Program-made: the position numbers and the translations under genes
In this document: one piece after another, positions 1 to 11,441 of the stretch
How positions within the stretch are numbered: position 1 is the first letter of the stretch
Layout of the letters: every line of letters starts with the position of its first letter
Assembly: GCF_004010195.1 (NCBI RefSeq)
Contig: NC_057711.1
Coordinates: 78,302,042-78,337,820 of the forward strand
Length of the DNA stretch: 35,779 nt
Reading direction: 5' to 3'
Origin: Chiloscyllium plagiosum
Lineage: Eukaryota
The notes under the pieces: model-generated
What the model was told of the DNA's origin: nothing
Database searches by the model: none
What the model saw: the letters and a program-made list of their open reading frames with translations, nothing else

Positions 1-275
1 TTCCTAACCTGCTATCTTCTTCCTGACCTCTCCGCCCCACCCCGACCTATCACCTTAACCTCCTTCCACCTATCGCATTTCCAACGCCCCTCCCCCAAGT
101 CCCTCCTCCCTACCTTTTATCTTAGCCTGCTTGGTACACGCTCCTCATTCCTGAAGAAGGGCTCGTGCCCGAAACGTCGATTCTCCTGCTCCTTGGATGC
201 TGCCTGACCTGCTGCGCTTTTCCAGCAACACATTTTCAGCTCTGATCTCCAGCATCTGCAGTCCTCACTTTCTCC
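1..275 (+). mobile_element. Penelope-like element 3' end / pseudo-LTR (family A), cut by the window edge
   Basis: Homologous to the 3' end of the RT+GIY-YIG element at 26365-28038 (gctgcctgacctgctg...tccagcatctgcagtc). Contains a hammerhead motif. Confidence 0.8.
148..181 (+). ncRNA. Minimal hammerhead ribozyme motif (Penelope-type), core intact
   Basis: CTGAAGA-A-GGGC(tcgt)GCCC-GAAA-CGTC. Both conserved cores are present, with a 4-bp stem II and palindromic ACGT at stem III. Predicted cleavage is after GUC (178). Stem I is very short. Confidence 0.65.
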
Positions 276-1991
276 CATATGGGTTTTCATGACAATCGTT
301 AATGATATTTGACATCTTCATGGAGAGACATGTTAACTATGTTAAGCACTTTAATTGGAAAAAAAGTGTTTATTTTTCGGCCAAAAGTAACATGAATGTT
401 CCTCTGGAGCCCTCACAGTAGTCTTAGGCTCCCTTTGTTCCGGGATTCACACCTCCATCCTGTCATTTCGCCTCTTTCCCATTCCATTCACTAGTGTACC
501 CCGAAACGTTCACGTTCATCCCGAAAAGTCGTCTTCAACCAGATAACTTCTTTGCTAGTTCTGTGGCATGTGAATGAAATCCATCATTAAAACTGGCTTG
601 GTCTGAACATCAATCTTGCTCAGACGTCATTGCCTATTTGGGGCTCAGCTGCACTGTTTCTAATGTCAGAGTAAAATCCGATTCCACAGCGTCGAATCAG
701 GGATATTAGCTTTATTTGTTTATACGAACAGAACATTAGTTCCAATATGCAAGCCAAACACACACAATTCAAAACATCCCAGTATTACTGTTTTGTTGTA
801 ATTACCTGATCTTAAAATTTCACATCAAGTTCCGAAAATCTTTTTTGTCATTTATTTGTGAAAAATGGATTTCCTTTCATTTTAGTACTCAGTAGAGACA
901 ATAAGTATTCTCACTAGCATGTTACATAGACAAGTTTGTCTACAGTATCTTTTCACTTGGCAGTTCCTGAATGGGATGAATTGGAACTCAACACCAGACT
1001 TCAAAACTGAAACACTGTTTTCTTTTCAATATTCTGAAATAAATTTGGAACACGGTCTTTGGAATTTCTTGCAAATTCACGTCTTCTTTTCAACAAAAGG
1101 ATTCTGCTAAATGTATTCCTGTAATTATATTCCATGTATTTCTTTGTTTAAATAATACAGCCTGTCTTTTGTTAAATTTCTCCTCTTTCCCCCCTATTGG
1201 GCCCCTCCTCATCTTGTAAATGATCAGTGGAAACTTGTTTACTGTTCATAGTTCCTCAAATGCTGGATAGAGATAATATAGTGCCATATACTGACAAATC
1301 TTTCCTCAGCAGTAGAGAAATGCCAGTCCCCTTTTGTTATTTCCTCAACATAACAACACAGTCAGGAATTCAGCAGTTTATAGGGGCTACATACGTCCCA
1401 TCATTCCAAGGTGAAGTACACAGCAATGGTATGTCAACTCACTACTTTCTTCTGCTACTTGATCTAATTCAAAGCCAGGTAAGTGGAGAAAAACAATTCC
1501 AAAAAGAATTCTATCTTTTAACATTTTGCCACAAAGAACAGAAACCAGTTAGTGCTAATCCCATTTTCTTGCCTATTTACCACCTCAGATTAAGCCATAT
1601 TCTATCTCAAGAGAAGTCTTGCAAACCAATCATTTTTTCATTGGCTGATATTGTACCCAGTTCCATTAAACACCAAATGTATTACTTTGTCCTTAAGTTA
1701 TTCAATAATTAATTCCTTCTATCCCTGTAAACTTGCCAATGGTATGATTCCCTCTACTCAGTTCCACTTATTCTGGTCTCAAGACACCAGCATCCTACCC
1801 AACAGCAGTGTCTACCTTCCACCCCTACTCTCACTATGTCTTTCTGCTACTCATACCTCCTTCAAGTTACAAACGTTTCCTCAAGGCAAAACAGAAGAAT
1901 AAATTAGTCACATGTTCTACTATTTTGCCGTAGCATGAAGCCACGGGGACATGGTTATTAATGGGAGAGAGTTTTCGTTATATTGGGAAGG

Positions 1992-2541
1992 TACATAGAA
2001 CATAGAAGAATACAGTGCAATACAGGCCCTTCGGCCCTCGATGTTGCGCCGATCCAAGCCCACCTAACCTACACTAGCCCACTATCCTCCATATGCCTAT
2101 CCAATGCCCGCTTAAATGCCCATAATGAGGGAGAGTCCACCACTGCTACTGGCAGGGCATTCCATGAACTCACGACTCGCTGAATAAAGAACCTACCCCT
2201 AACATCTGTCCTATACCTACCCCCCCTTAATTTAAAGCTATGCCCCCTTGTAATAGCTGACTCCATACGTGGAAAAAGATTCTCACTGTCGACCCTATCT
2301 AAACCCCTAATCATCTTGTACACCTCTATCAAGTCACCCCTAAACCTTCTTTTCTCCAATGAAAACAACCCCAAGTGCCTCAGCCTTTCCTCATACGATC
2401 TTTCTACCATACCAGGCAACATCCTGGTAAACCTCCTCTGCACCCGTTCCAGTGCCTCCACATCCTTCCTATAGTATGGCGACCAAAACTGCACACAATA
2501 CTCCAGATGCGGCCGCACCAGTCTTATACAACTGCAACATG
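1992..2541 (-). mobile_element. CR1-type LINE 3' end (relatively young copy)
   Basis: ORF 2069..2626 includes LVRPHLEYCVQFWSPYYRKDVEALERVQRRFTRMLPG...LEKRRFRGDLIEVYKMI, the typical CR1 ORF2 C-terminus. A short TTCTATG repeat tail lies at ~1992-2008. Confidence 0.9.
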
Positions 2542-2904
2542 ACATATACTGCTGGATTCTTACACCTCTACACAACAGTAAGAGCATTTGTGCTGAGTAT
2601 GTATAGAATGTTAATCTCCAAATCATAGGCAGGTGATAGGAATATCAGGTTTGATAAACAGTTGAACGGTTTATGTAAATTCAAGGTATTATGGAATTGA
2701 ATGTTTAGAAAATAGCTAATCAGCATTTCTACCTGGGTATAAAATGTAGTGAGTTATACCACAAGGCAGATGAAAAGAATCTATAAAAAGCCATTGTAAT
2801 ATCAGTTAACAAGGTTTTTAATGGTACCACTAATGCAGTCTGCAAAAATCTGAGCGAGCTCAAGAGCTCGAGGCATCCAGACCATTCACTACCTATATCA
2901 CCAG

Positions 2905-4240
2905 CCCATTGTGCCGCATCACCAGCTCTTTAAATGAGCATCATTGCTTCGTGCCAATCTTTTGCCTTTTCCCCATATCCATGGGCACTATTACTATACA
3001 AATAAATATCCAATGCTTTTGAATGTCTGAACTTAACTTGCTCTACCACAGTCCGAGGCAGTGCATTCCATACCCTGACTAATCACTGCATAACTAAGGG
3101 GATTTTTCTCTCTCACAAGCCTTGCTCCTTCTGCACATCAGTTTAAAATCTACATCCTCTCTTTCTTGATCCTGTTATGAGTGGGAACAACTTTGCCTTG
3201 TCTACTCTATCCAGTCAGCTCATGATTTCGAAAACCTCTATCAGATCTCATCGCAGTCTCCTTCTATCCAAGCAAATCAGTCCCAATTTCTTCAATCTAT
3301 CCTGATAACTGAAATGAAACCTTACTTTTCAATGAATTCTGCAATATCTCTGGTGCATTCATATCTCTCCAATAATGTGCCGCTCATAACTGTACACAAC
3401 ACTCTAGCTGAGGTCTAGCCAGTGGTGTACACAAGTGCTACATCACACTTGTACACTCTGTTTCTATTAATAAAGGAAGAATACTGTGTGTTTTATTAAC
3501 TGCTCTCACCACCTGTCCTCCACCTTCAATGATCTGTGCACATAAACATACAAGTCCCCCCTGCTCCTGCAGACCCTTTAAAATTGCACTTCATATCCTA
3601 TATTGTCTTCCAATGTCCTTCCTGCCAAAGTGCATCACCATACACTTCCCTACATTGAAGCTCATCTACTACGTATTTGCCCACTCCACCAACTTGTCAA
3701 TGTCCTTTTGGAGTTCCACACTCCTCCTCACAGTTTATAGTTCCTCCAGGTTTTGTGTCATCGGCAAACTTTGAAATTGTCACCTGCAAATCAAGATTCA
3801 GATTAAAGCAGGAAAACTAAGGGTCCCAATACTGACCCTGGGGAACTCCAATGCAAACCTTCCTCCAGCTCAAAAATATTTATTGACCATTACTCTGTTG
3901 CTCATCACTCAGCCAATTTTGTATCAACATTGCTACTGTCCCACTTATACCATTATTTATAAATTTCCTCAAGCTGGTATCAAAAACCTCCCAGAAAAAT
4001 AATACTCACACTGAAACTTAAGTTATCTCTTCAAAAAAAAATCAAGTTTGATAAACCTGATTTCTCCTTTATAAATCTATGCAGAGTTTTCCTAATCGAT
4101 GTATCTTTTTCCATGTGACTAAAAATTCTATCCTGAGTAAGTGTTTCTAGAAGCTTCCATATCACCAAAGTTAAATCGATAGGAAAATAACTCCAGCAAT
4201 TACAGACCAGTCTTCTGGCACTTCCCCTATGTCCAGGGAA
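2905..4240 (-). mobile_element. Old, degenerate CR1 LINE (RT to 3' end)
   Basis: Degraded CR1 motifs, e.g. tttgtgtcatcggcaaacttt (antisense of KFADDTK) at ~3752-3772 and tgtacacaacactctagctgaggtctagcc (antisense of RPQLECCVQ). Boundaries approximate. Confidence 0.7.
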
Positions 4241-4324
4241 GAATTAAATTTTCAGTCACATTAAAAGTTAAATGGGGAAATACCTTTTTTGTAGTTTAGT
4301 GGATTGGTTACCTACTGAACAGTG

Positions 4325-4463
4325 GGCAAAAGTGAGGACTGCAAATGCTGGAAACCAGAATATAGATCACAGTGGTGCTGGAAAAGCACAGCAGGTCAGG
4401 CAGCATCCGAGGAGCAGGAAAAATCGACGTTTTGGGCAAAAGCCCTTCATCAGGAATGAAAAC
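4325..4463 (-). mobile_element. 139-bp Penelope pseudo-LTR fragment (family A) with 16-bp TSD
   Basis: Reverse complement of the 145-275 region. Flanked by TACCTACTGAACAGTG (4309-4324) and TACCTATTGAACAGTG (4464-4479). Hammerhead GAAA is mutated to AAAA. Confidence 0.8.
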
Positions 4464-4711
4464 TACCTATTGAACAGTGCCAGATATTCATTACATTTAG
4501 TTGGTTTGTTAGAGGCAAAAGATTTTAAACTCGAAATCTTGTGTGATACTTCCAGTTGATTACTGGAAATGCAAATATCTTTTGAAAAGTTATCAATCTC
4601 TACGGAGACCCTTAAATTCACCATAAGATTTGAATCACGCTACCCTCACCAATTCTTTGGTTTATTGTTACTTTTCCTAACTAGTATGCTTTTTTGATAC
4701 AACATATACTA

Positions 4712-5020
<309 letters not shown>

Positions 5021-5518
5021 TTATGAAAACCTGACAAGTCCAAATTTCAACAATATAGTACAATAGCTGAGAAGTCCTTAAAATTTGTAACATACATGCA
5101 TTTGACAAATATTCATATGATTAATTCAATAATAGCTCAACAGAAAAAATAAGTCATATTCATTTTGAAGAATTTACATGAACCTCAGTCTCTTTGTTAA
5201 GCAAATGATGACAACTTAAAATGCAAAATAATAATTTTTAGTTTACCCAATGATCTCATTATTTAATACATATTAGATTATCTGGTTAATTTAAAGAATA
5301 AAAAAGCAACTTGCAAATAAACATCGAATGTTGTAAATAAATATTGCCTTTAAAAGTAATCATAGATTTATGAAGCATGCACTGTTTTGTTCCAATCATA
5401 TCTATTAAGTTTACAAATTTGAAATTCAGTTTACATCATGCTCAAAGAGTCCTTGAAAATGGAAGGTTTTTGTCCAAGCTGTAAAAACTAATACTGTCTT
5501 TTAGTAACTTTCTTCTAC

Positions 5519-5647
5519 CTGAAAATGACGGTTTGTAAGTCGAAAGGGTATTCAATGATCCCTGTTGTTGGGACTCGCACTCTAAGCACATCCTGTTGAG
5601 TGGGTAGGTAGGTAGGTTCTGCTATACGGTCCAAGTCTTTAAGATAG
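5519..5647 (-). CDS. GNAQ: G-alpha-q exon 4, downstream copy (4b; Galphaq-like residues), 129 nt
   Basis: (c)[42 protein letters not shown](R), inside ORF 5515..5799. Acceptor ttgtttctccctgtctgtag|C, donor AG|gtagaa. Arg183 codon CGA is at 5575-5577. Confidence 0.93.
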
Positions 5648-6173
5648 CTACAGACAGGGAGAAACAACAGGAATGCAAAGACTGTGACATTGGAGAGGGA
5701 AGCTGGGGAGGAAAATAGAAACAGGGTGTTGTGGTGATCACCATTCTTCCTGGCAACAAGAGTCATGGTGAATTCCCCAAGATGGTACCACTTATTCAAG
5801 GAGGTGATGTGGGATAGTTCTTAACATTCAAACCTACTCCTCACCAGATTGTGCCACTTTCCCTAGAATGCAGAGTGCATTTTCCCAGTATTCCTCTAAT
5901 ATAGAATTCATGAAATTTGTGCTTTTTTTTTCAAAAAAACACATGTTTTAGTTGAATTGGCAAGGTTCTCTGAAAGGTTTTTAATTTTACACAAAAGGTA
6001 TTTAATTTCCAAGACCGTGATTGTGTGCATTTTTGTCCTTGACACTAATCCATAAGTACTACTTAGAAATAAGGTCAATTACAAGTAGTGTATGTCATCA
6101 GATTGAACTTGAAAGTACTGGGAAGACACAACATCTGCTAACTAGGAAATTTACAACAGGCCCCAATCAGTAC

Positions 6174-6302
6174 CTGAAGATTATATTCTCCAGATCAAAT
6201 GGATACTCAATGATGCCAGTTGTGGGCACTCGAACCCGCAGCACATCCTGTTGAGTTGGCAGATAATCTGGTGCTGCAATACGATCAGTATCACTAAGGT
6301 AG
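6174..6302 (-). CDS. GNAQ: G-alpha-q exon 4, upstream copy (4a; Galpha11/14-like residues), 129 nt; not in the supplied ORF track
   Basis: Reverse complement reads (c)[42 protein letters not shown](R) with no stops. Acceptor ttttctttcttatttcacag|C, donor AG|gtactg. Phase 2-2, so it joins exons 3 and 5 in frame. Switch I Arg183 codon CGA is at 6230-6232. Confidence 0.9.
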
Positions 6303-8637
6303 CTGTGAAATAAGAAAGAAAATTAAATGTGATGCATTGGCTCCTCTAAGTGAGTGCCTTGATTTATTTGTGGAAAGCCAAGTAAGGAAAGATACTGCAA
6401 AAATTAAAACAAATTCATATGTTTGGATCATTTTTAAAAGAATGAGCAGGATCTCCTGTTATTGCTCATAACTTGAGGGAAAATATGCCATTATCCCATT
6501 TAGAGCCTACTATTTAACAAGGTCATTGAATTGGTGGAATTAATGCTTTCAAATGCCAATATCATGTCTATGCAATTGTGTAATAAGAATGAATCAATTC
6601 TCTTGTTTCTTATAACATTTCTTTTGAATGACATAACTTTATTTTAACATTTTTTTTCCAAATAAACGAAATTCAAGAAACTGAGAAAGATGGTTAAAAA
6701 CCAAACAGGTCAGCGCAGAATGATGCAGTGCCAAGAGCAAAAGTCTGAATACTGACAGATGGAGTCAGCATTTACACTCAGCACCAATGAGAGAGATTTC
6801 AATTTAGGAGCAGTCTGGTTCAGCAGACTAAAAAGCATTTTTCTCAAAAATTGTGCAGATAGCATGTACTCAGACAACAGGACATAGATCTAGATAGGGA
6901 ATTAAATCTTTGGGCAAATATATCAATTTCAAGGCTACAATTATAGGAGCTGCCGAAGCTTCATGCAAAACATTTACTGAAGGGTTTCAAATACAAACTA
7001 TATTTCAAGGAGTATATTGCATTACATCATCCCAGAATATGTAACTGCAGTTGACATTTTTTGAAATAATAACTTATTTTAGACATGAGATATTGCAATG
7101 AGTGAGAAAAGAATTATAGATTTTCTTATGCAGAAGTTGGTTCATCACCTTTTGCCAGGTAGTTAGTCCTTAGTAGCTCCCTATTGGCCATCTTTAGGTA
7201 CAATTCTCACTTTTAATTGCATGGTCACTATCTCTTCAATCCTGATTTGTTGCTATTTTACTTAACAAGCAAAATCAACAGAGTGTGACAGTGAATGCGC
7301 AGCACGGGGAAAAAAAAAGTAGCACTTAAAAGAATTCCACACTGTGTAGAGACTGCAGGGGTCCCTGTTTAAGTCAGCCTCATTTAGCACTGTTCTGCTT
7401 TAAAGTTGGGAAGTTATTTGGGCCTGCAATTTTGTTGAGTGTGGCAAGATTCATTTTACTGCTGTTTAACACCTGATTGACAGCATTTTGACGTGCTCTC
7501 TCACTGTCTAAATTGAAGCTGTTCCTCATGCTGAACCTGGTGACTTGCAGTCTCTCCCCATGCCACACACCTGGCTGAAGTCTGCAGCAGAGATCCATCG
7601 CTTGGCGGGCTCTGTGCCACCTGCTTGGGTTGTCACTTGTTCATGCCAGATTGTAGCCAATGCCTGCTGGCGATTTTTAAGAGGACACAACGCCTCGTTC
7701 ATGCTGGTCACCTCTGGGCTTCACACGGAGCCGCTCCTGTGGACTGGCTGTAGGAAGTTGACCTTCACCCCTCCTCCTCCTCCATGTGTCATCTATGGAT
7801 GAGTTCACTGGCTTTTCCTCCCTCCCTGTCTGACTTGGCAAACAGGATCTCTTATGAAATGGCAACTCACAATTGGAAGAACAGTAGAGGGTGATGGTTG
7901 CTCAGTGTAGAGGAATGTCATTCAACAGGTAATTCAAACAGATCATTTAAAAGGAATACAGCAAACTTCAAGAGTGCAGTGAGAAGTCAGACCAGCATTC
8001 ACTTCAGAACCTGCTGATTTCAGTCTGAGTTTTGATACAAGGAAAGAAAGGGAGGAGACGCCACTGAGCCCTGCCGTGGCTATATAAGGTGAAGGGGAGG
8101 GAAGCTGGAGGCAGTAGCAGAGACAGGGAGGTGGTCAATGTGTCATCTCAGGGAGGTGTAGTACAAAGTGGCCAGGACTGGGCTACAGCTCAGTCCAGCG
8201 GCCTGGAGTTTAGTGAGTGGAACCTCCCTGAAAGTGATACCTTAGGCTCCACTCCTGAAGGGACAGGGAGAGGGAAAAAGTCTACAATTTGGAGAGTTAC
8301 AGAGAGGAATGATCTTCAGTGACCAAGAGGATAAGGGAGTGGGAAGCATGATTAACGATGAGCAGTAGGAACTGCAAGTTATATTATGATTTTTTTTCCA
8401 AGTTTTCATTTACCAATCTAACAATTTAGCCACGTAAAGTTTTTCAACTTCTGGAATGCAATGTCTGGGAGGGGAGTTGAGCTGGGAAACCTCACAACCT
8501 CTAAAATGTACTTGAATGAGCACCTGAAAGGTCATAACACTTAAAGATATAGACCAAGTGATGGGAAGTGGAACTGGTGTACAGAGTTAAAAATCACACA
8601 ACACCAGGTTATAGTCCAACAGGTTTAATTGGAAGCA

Positions 8638-8672
8638 CACTAGCTTTCGGAGCATCGATCCTTCATCAGGTG
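8638..8672 (-). ncRNA. Minimal hammerhead ribozyme motif, core intact, same strand as the GNAQ pre-mRNA
   Basis: Minus strand CAC-CTGATGA-A-GGA(tcgatgc)TCC-GAAA-GCTA-GTG. Stem I CAC/GTG, palindromic AGCT stem III. Confidence 0.6.
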
Positions 8673-9976
8673 GTAGCAGAGGGCTCAATCCTAACACAGA
8701 ATTTATAGCAAAAATTTAGTGTGATGTAACTGAAATTATACATTGAAAAATTGATTGCCTGTTAAGCCTTTCATCTGTTAGAATACCGTGATAGTTTCAC
8801 TTCTTTCATGTATAAATCACAAAACCTTTTTTTCAAAAAGTTGAAAATTACACCATGTTCTTTGTGACCTGCATTATCAATGGGGATGAGCACCTCACCT
8901 AGACCTTCCCCACAGCTCCACTACTTGCCTTTAAACAACCGCCAAACCTCAAACAGATTGTTGTTCGTAGCAAGCTGCCCGGCTCTCAGGACAACTCCAT
9001 ACAACCCTGTCATGGTAGGCGCTGCAAGACGTGTCAGAGTGTGGACATAAATACTACCATTACACGTGGGGACACCTTCCACCTTGTACATGGCAGGTAC
9101 TCATGTGACTCAGCCAACATTGTCTATCTTATACATTGCAGGCAGGGATGCCCAGAGGCATGGTACATTGGGGAAACTGAGCAAAGGCTACGACAACGGA
9201 TCAATGGGCACCGCACAACAATCAACAGACAGGAGTGTTCCCTACCAGTTGAGGAACACTTCAGTGGTCCAGGACATTCTACCTCAGTCCTTCGAGTCAC
9301 CATCCTCCAAGGTGGACTTTGGGACAGGCAGCAGAGAAAAGTGGCTGAGCAGAGGCTGATAGCTAAGTTCGGTACCCATAGGGAGGGCCTCAACCGGGAC
9401 CTTGGGTTCATGTCACATTTCAGGTGACCACCTTTGCACTATACATATATATACACACACACACACACTCACACATGCACCCCCTCACAGACTTAAGACA
9501 CTCTGCACTCACTACACACATACACTTTCTCACACTCACAACCCCCACCCAGACAAACAGACACACACAGAGACAGACAAAGACCCACATGCACACACAT
9601 GTTTTGTGGGGTGAATTTGTACTTTCAGGGTTACATTGTACTTTGCTCAAAAACTGCATGCATTCATGTAAAACCCCATTATCTCACTTTTTAGATTAGA
9701 ATCAATCTAAACATCATGGCATAGACAGAGAACACAGGGGGCCAACACCTGCAACATATTGTCTAGCTATCACCATTGTTAACAGCTAACCCAAGAATGC
9801 AACTTTTTTTAAAAAAAAGGTTTTGTGATTTACACATGAAAGAAGTGAAACTATCAAGGTATTCTAACAGATGAAAAGCTTAACAGACAATCAATTTTTC
9901 AACGTATAATTTCAGTTACATCACACTGTAAATTTGTGCTATAAATTCTGTGTGTTCGGATTGAGCCCTCCACTAC

Positions 9977-10011
9977 CACCTGATGAAGGAGCGACACTCC
10001 GAAAGCTAGTG
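9977..10011 (+). ncRNA. Minimal hammerhead ribozyme motif, core intact
   Basis: CAC-CTGATGA-A-GGAG(cgaca)CTCC-GAAA-GCTA-GTG. Stem I CAC/GTG, 4-bp stem II, palindromic AGCT. Confidence 0.68.
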
Positions 10012-10749
10012 TGCTTCCAATTAAACCTGTTGGACTATAACCTGCTGTGGTGTGATTTTTAACTTTGTACCCCCCAGTCCAACACCAGCATCTCCAAATC
10101 ATAGTGTACAGAGTAGCTTTCATCGTTGGGTCAAAGGACATCTGCTGTACAATACGATTCTAACATATAGACTATAATGTTTTAAAGTCTTATTTTGAGG
10201 AGGAAGGCCCTGTAGAGCCTAACTCCTGGTTTTAACATTGGTGCCTTTGAGAAACTGTTTCATTTAAAATTGCAATGTTTGGAAACATCGGCCACAACTT
10301 TAAGTGAGGACTTAGATAGTTTCAAATGCTTTGTCAAGACAATAACAATGACAATAAAGCACAAAGTTAAGTAGTCCTTAGTGAAATCTTGAATTAATAC
10401 AAACAAATTAATAAATGAAACCAGTAGTAGATGACAATTAGCAAAAGAAATAACTTTGATAAATGAGCAACTTTCTAGAATTATGAGCACCAGAATAACT
10501 TCTTCAAAATTAAATGTGGGCTATATTAACATTTAAATGGGTATATTTAATACTTGAACATACATATCCTTGTTGAAGCATAATTTACCATTTGATAATT
10601 CTACTGATTCAGATTGAAGAAAAGGAATTAAATTTACAACATGCAGTATGACACTTAAAGTGTCCCATACTTCAACATAGCTTGAAACATTCAATGAAAC
10701 AACCATTCTTTTTGCAAGCACTGAAGTGTTCTGATTGATCATTTGGATG

Positions 10750-10860
10750 TTTGGAGGGATATGGGCCAAACACAGGCAAATGGAACTAGTTTCGTTTGAG
10801 AACATGGTCAGCGTGGACGAGTTGGACTGAAGGGTCCATTTCCATGCTGTATCACTCTAC
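10750..10860 (+). mobile_element. CR1 3' UTR fragment
   Basis: gagggatatgggccaaa...ggtcagcgtggacgagttggactgaagggtc, matching the CR1 tails at ~18950-19095 and ~33660-33710. Confidence 0.6.
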
Positions 10861-11441
10861 AACAGCTTGATTCACTTAGAAACTGCACCATGGAAAAATG
10901 GCTCTGGTAATGTCTACTGATTATAGCTTCTGTTTTAACAGGGAATCATGTTACTAAATTTGAAAGTTTGAACCACGCAGTATTGCAGCAGCAACAGTTG
11001 GCTGAATTCTGCAGATATTTTGTTCAACAAAGCTTAGAATAATAAGAAATCAAAAAGTCATCCAAGGAATCCATGACATGATAAAAGACATGTGGAGGCT
11101 AATCAAATATCTAGAGTTCTCGGCCGAACAAGTTGTTTTATCTTCTATGAAGCTACTACTTAAGTCAATCATCAGATTTGTGTGTACTTTTTAATTAGAA
11201 GTATCTGAAGTGAATGCAACTTAAGATGGTAGAGGCAAGTGTATATTCTGAAATAAAACACTATTCTCTTAACTGCCAACCCTAGTCAGCTAACATCATA
11301 TAAAAGAAGTTTGGCAGCATGTCATAGGGATGAAGTGCACATAACATTCTCAGTTGTCATCATTGTGCAAGATGCTAAGATGAGACCGGGTACTTTCCCG
11401 TAGGGCGCGAAACCTGCACAATCACTTTCAATGGACTGTTT

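Larger units (their letters stand above)
8588..10103 (+). mobile_element. Penelope-like element (family B), 5'-truncated, with GIY-YIG endonuclease and an inverted 5' pseudo-LTR
   Basis: ORF 9041..9427 NIVYLIHC...WYIGETEQRLRQRINGH...EQRLIAKF...GLN is a GIY-YIG domain. CA-rich 3' UTR. 8588-8843 is the inverse of ~9800-10063. An 11-bp direct repeat GTGTACAGAGT lies at 8577-8587 and 10104-10114. Confidence 0.88.

Noticed and set aside
919..1902. Plus-strand ORFs of 63, 161 and 83 aa
   Set aside because: No recognisable domain or motif, and they lie antisense in an intron. Treated as chance ORFs; the region may be an unrecognised old repeat.
6166..6173. Branch-point-like TACTGAT overlapping the exon 4a donor, suggesting steric mutual exclusion
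   Set aside because: A distal branch point needs a long AG-free zone to the next acceptor, but many AGs lie in the 526-nt intron and the AG-free zone before exon 4b is only ~33 nt.
6021..6254. 77-aa plus-strand ORF overlapping exon 4a
   Set aside because: Antisense shadow of the real minus-strand exon.
7380..7865. GC-richer block with overlapping short ORFs, faintly like a Harbinger Myb/SANT remnant
   Set aside because: Similarity is too weak to support by eye; no TIR or TSD seen. A profile search would be needed.
9402..9699. His/Thr-rich and Val/Cys-rich ORFs (also 31358-31746)
   Set aside because: Translations of CA/TG-rich low-complexity Penelope 3' UTR.
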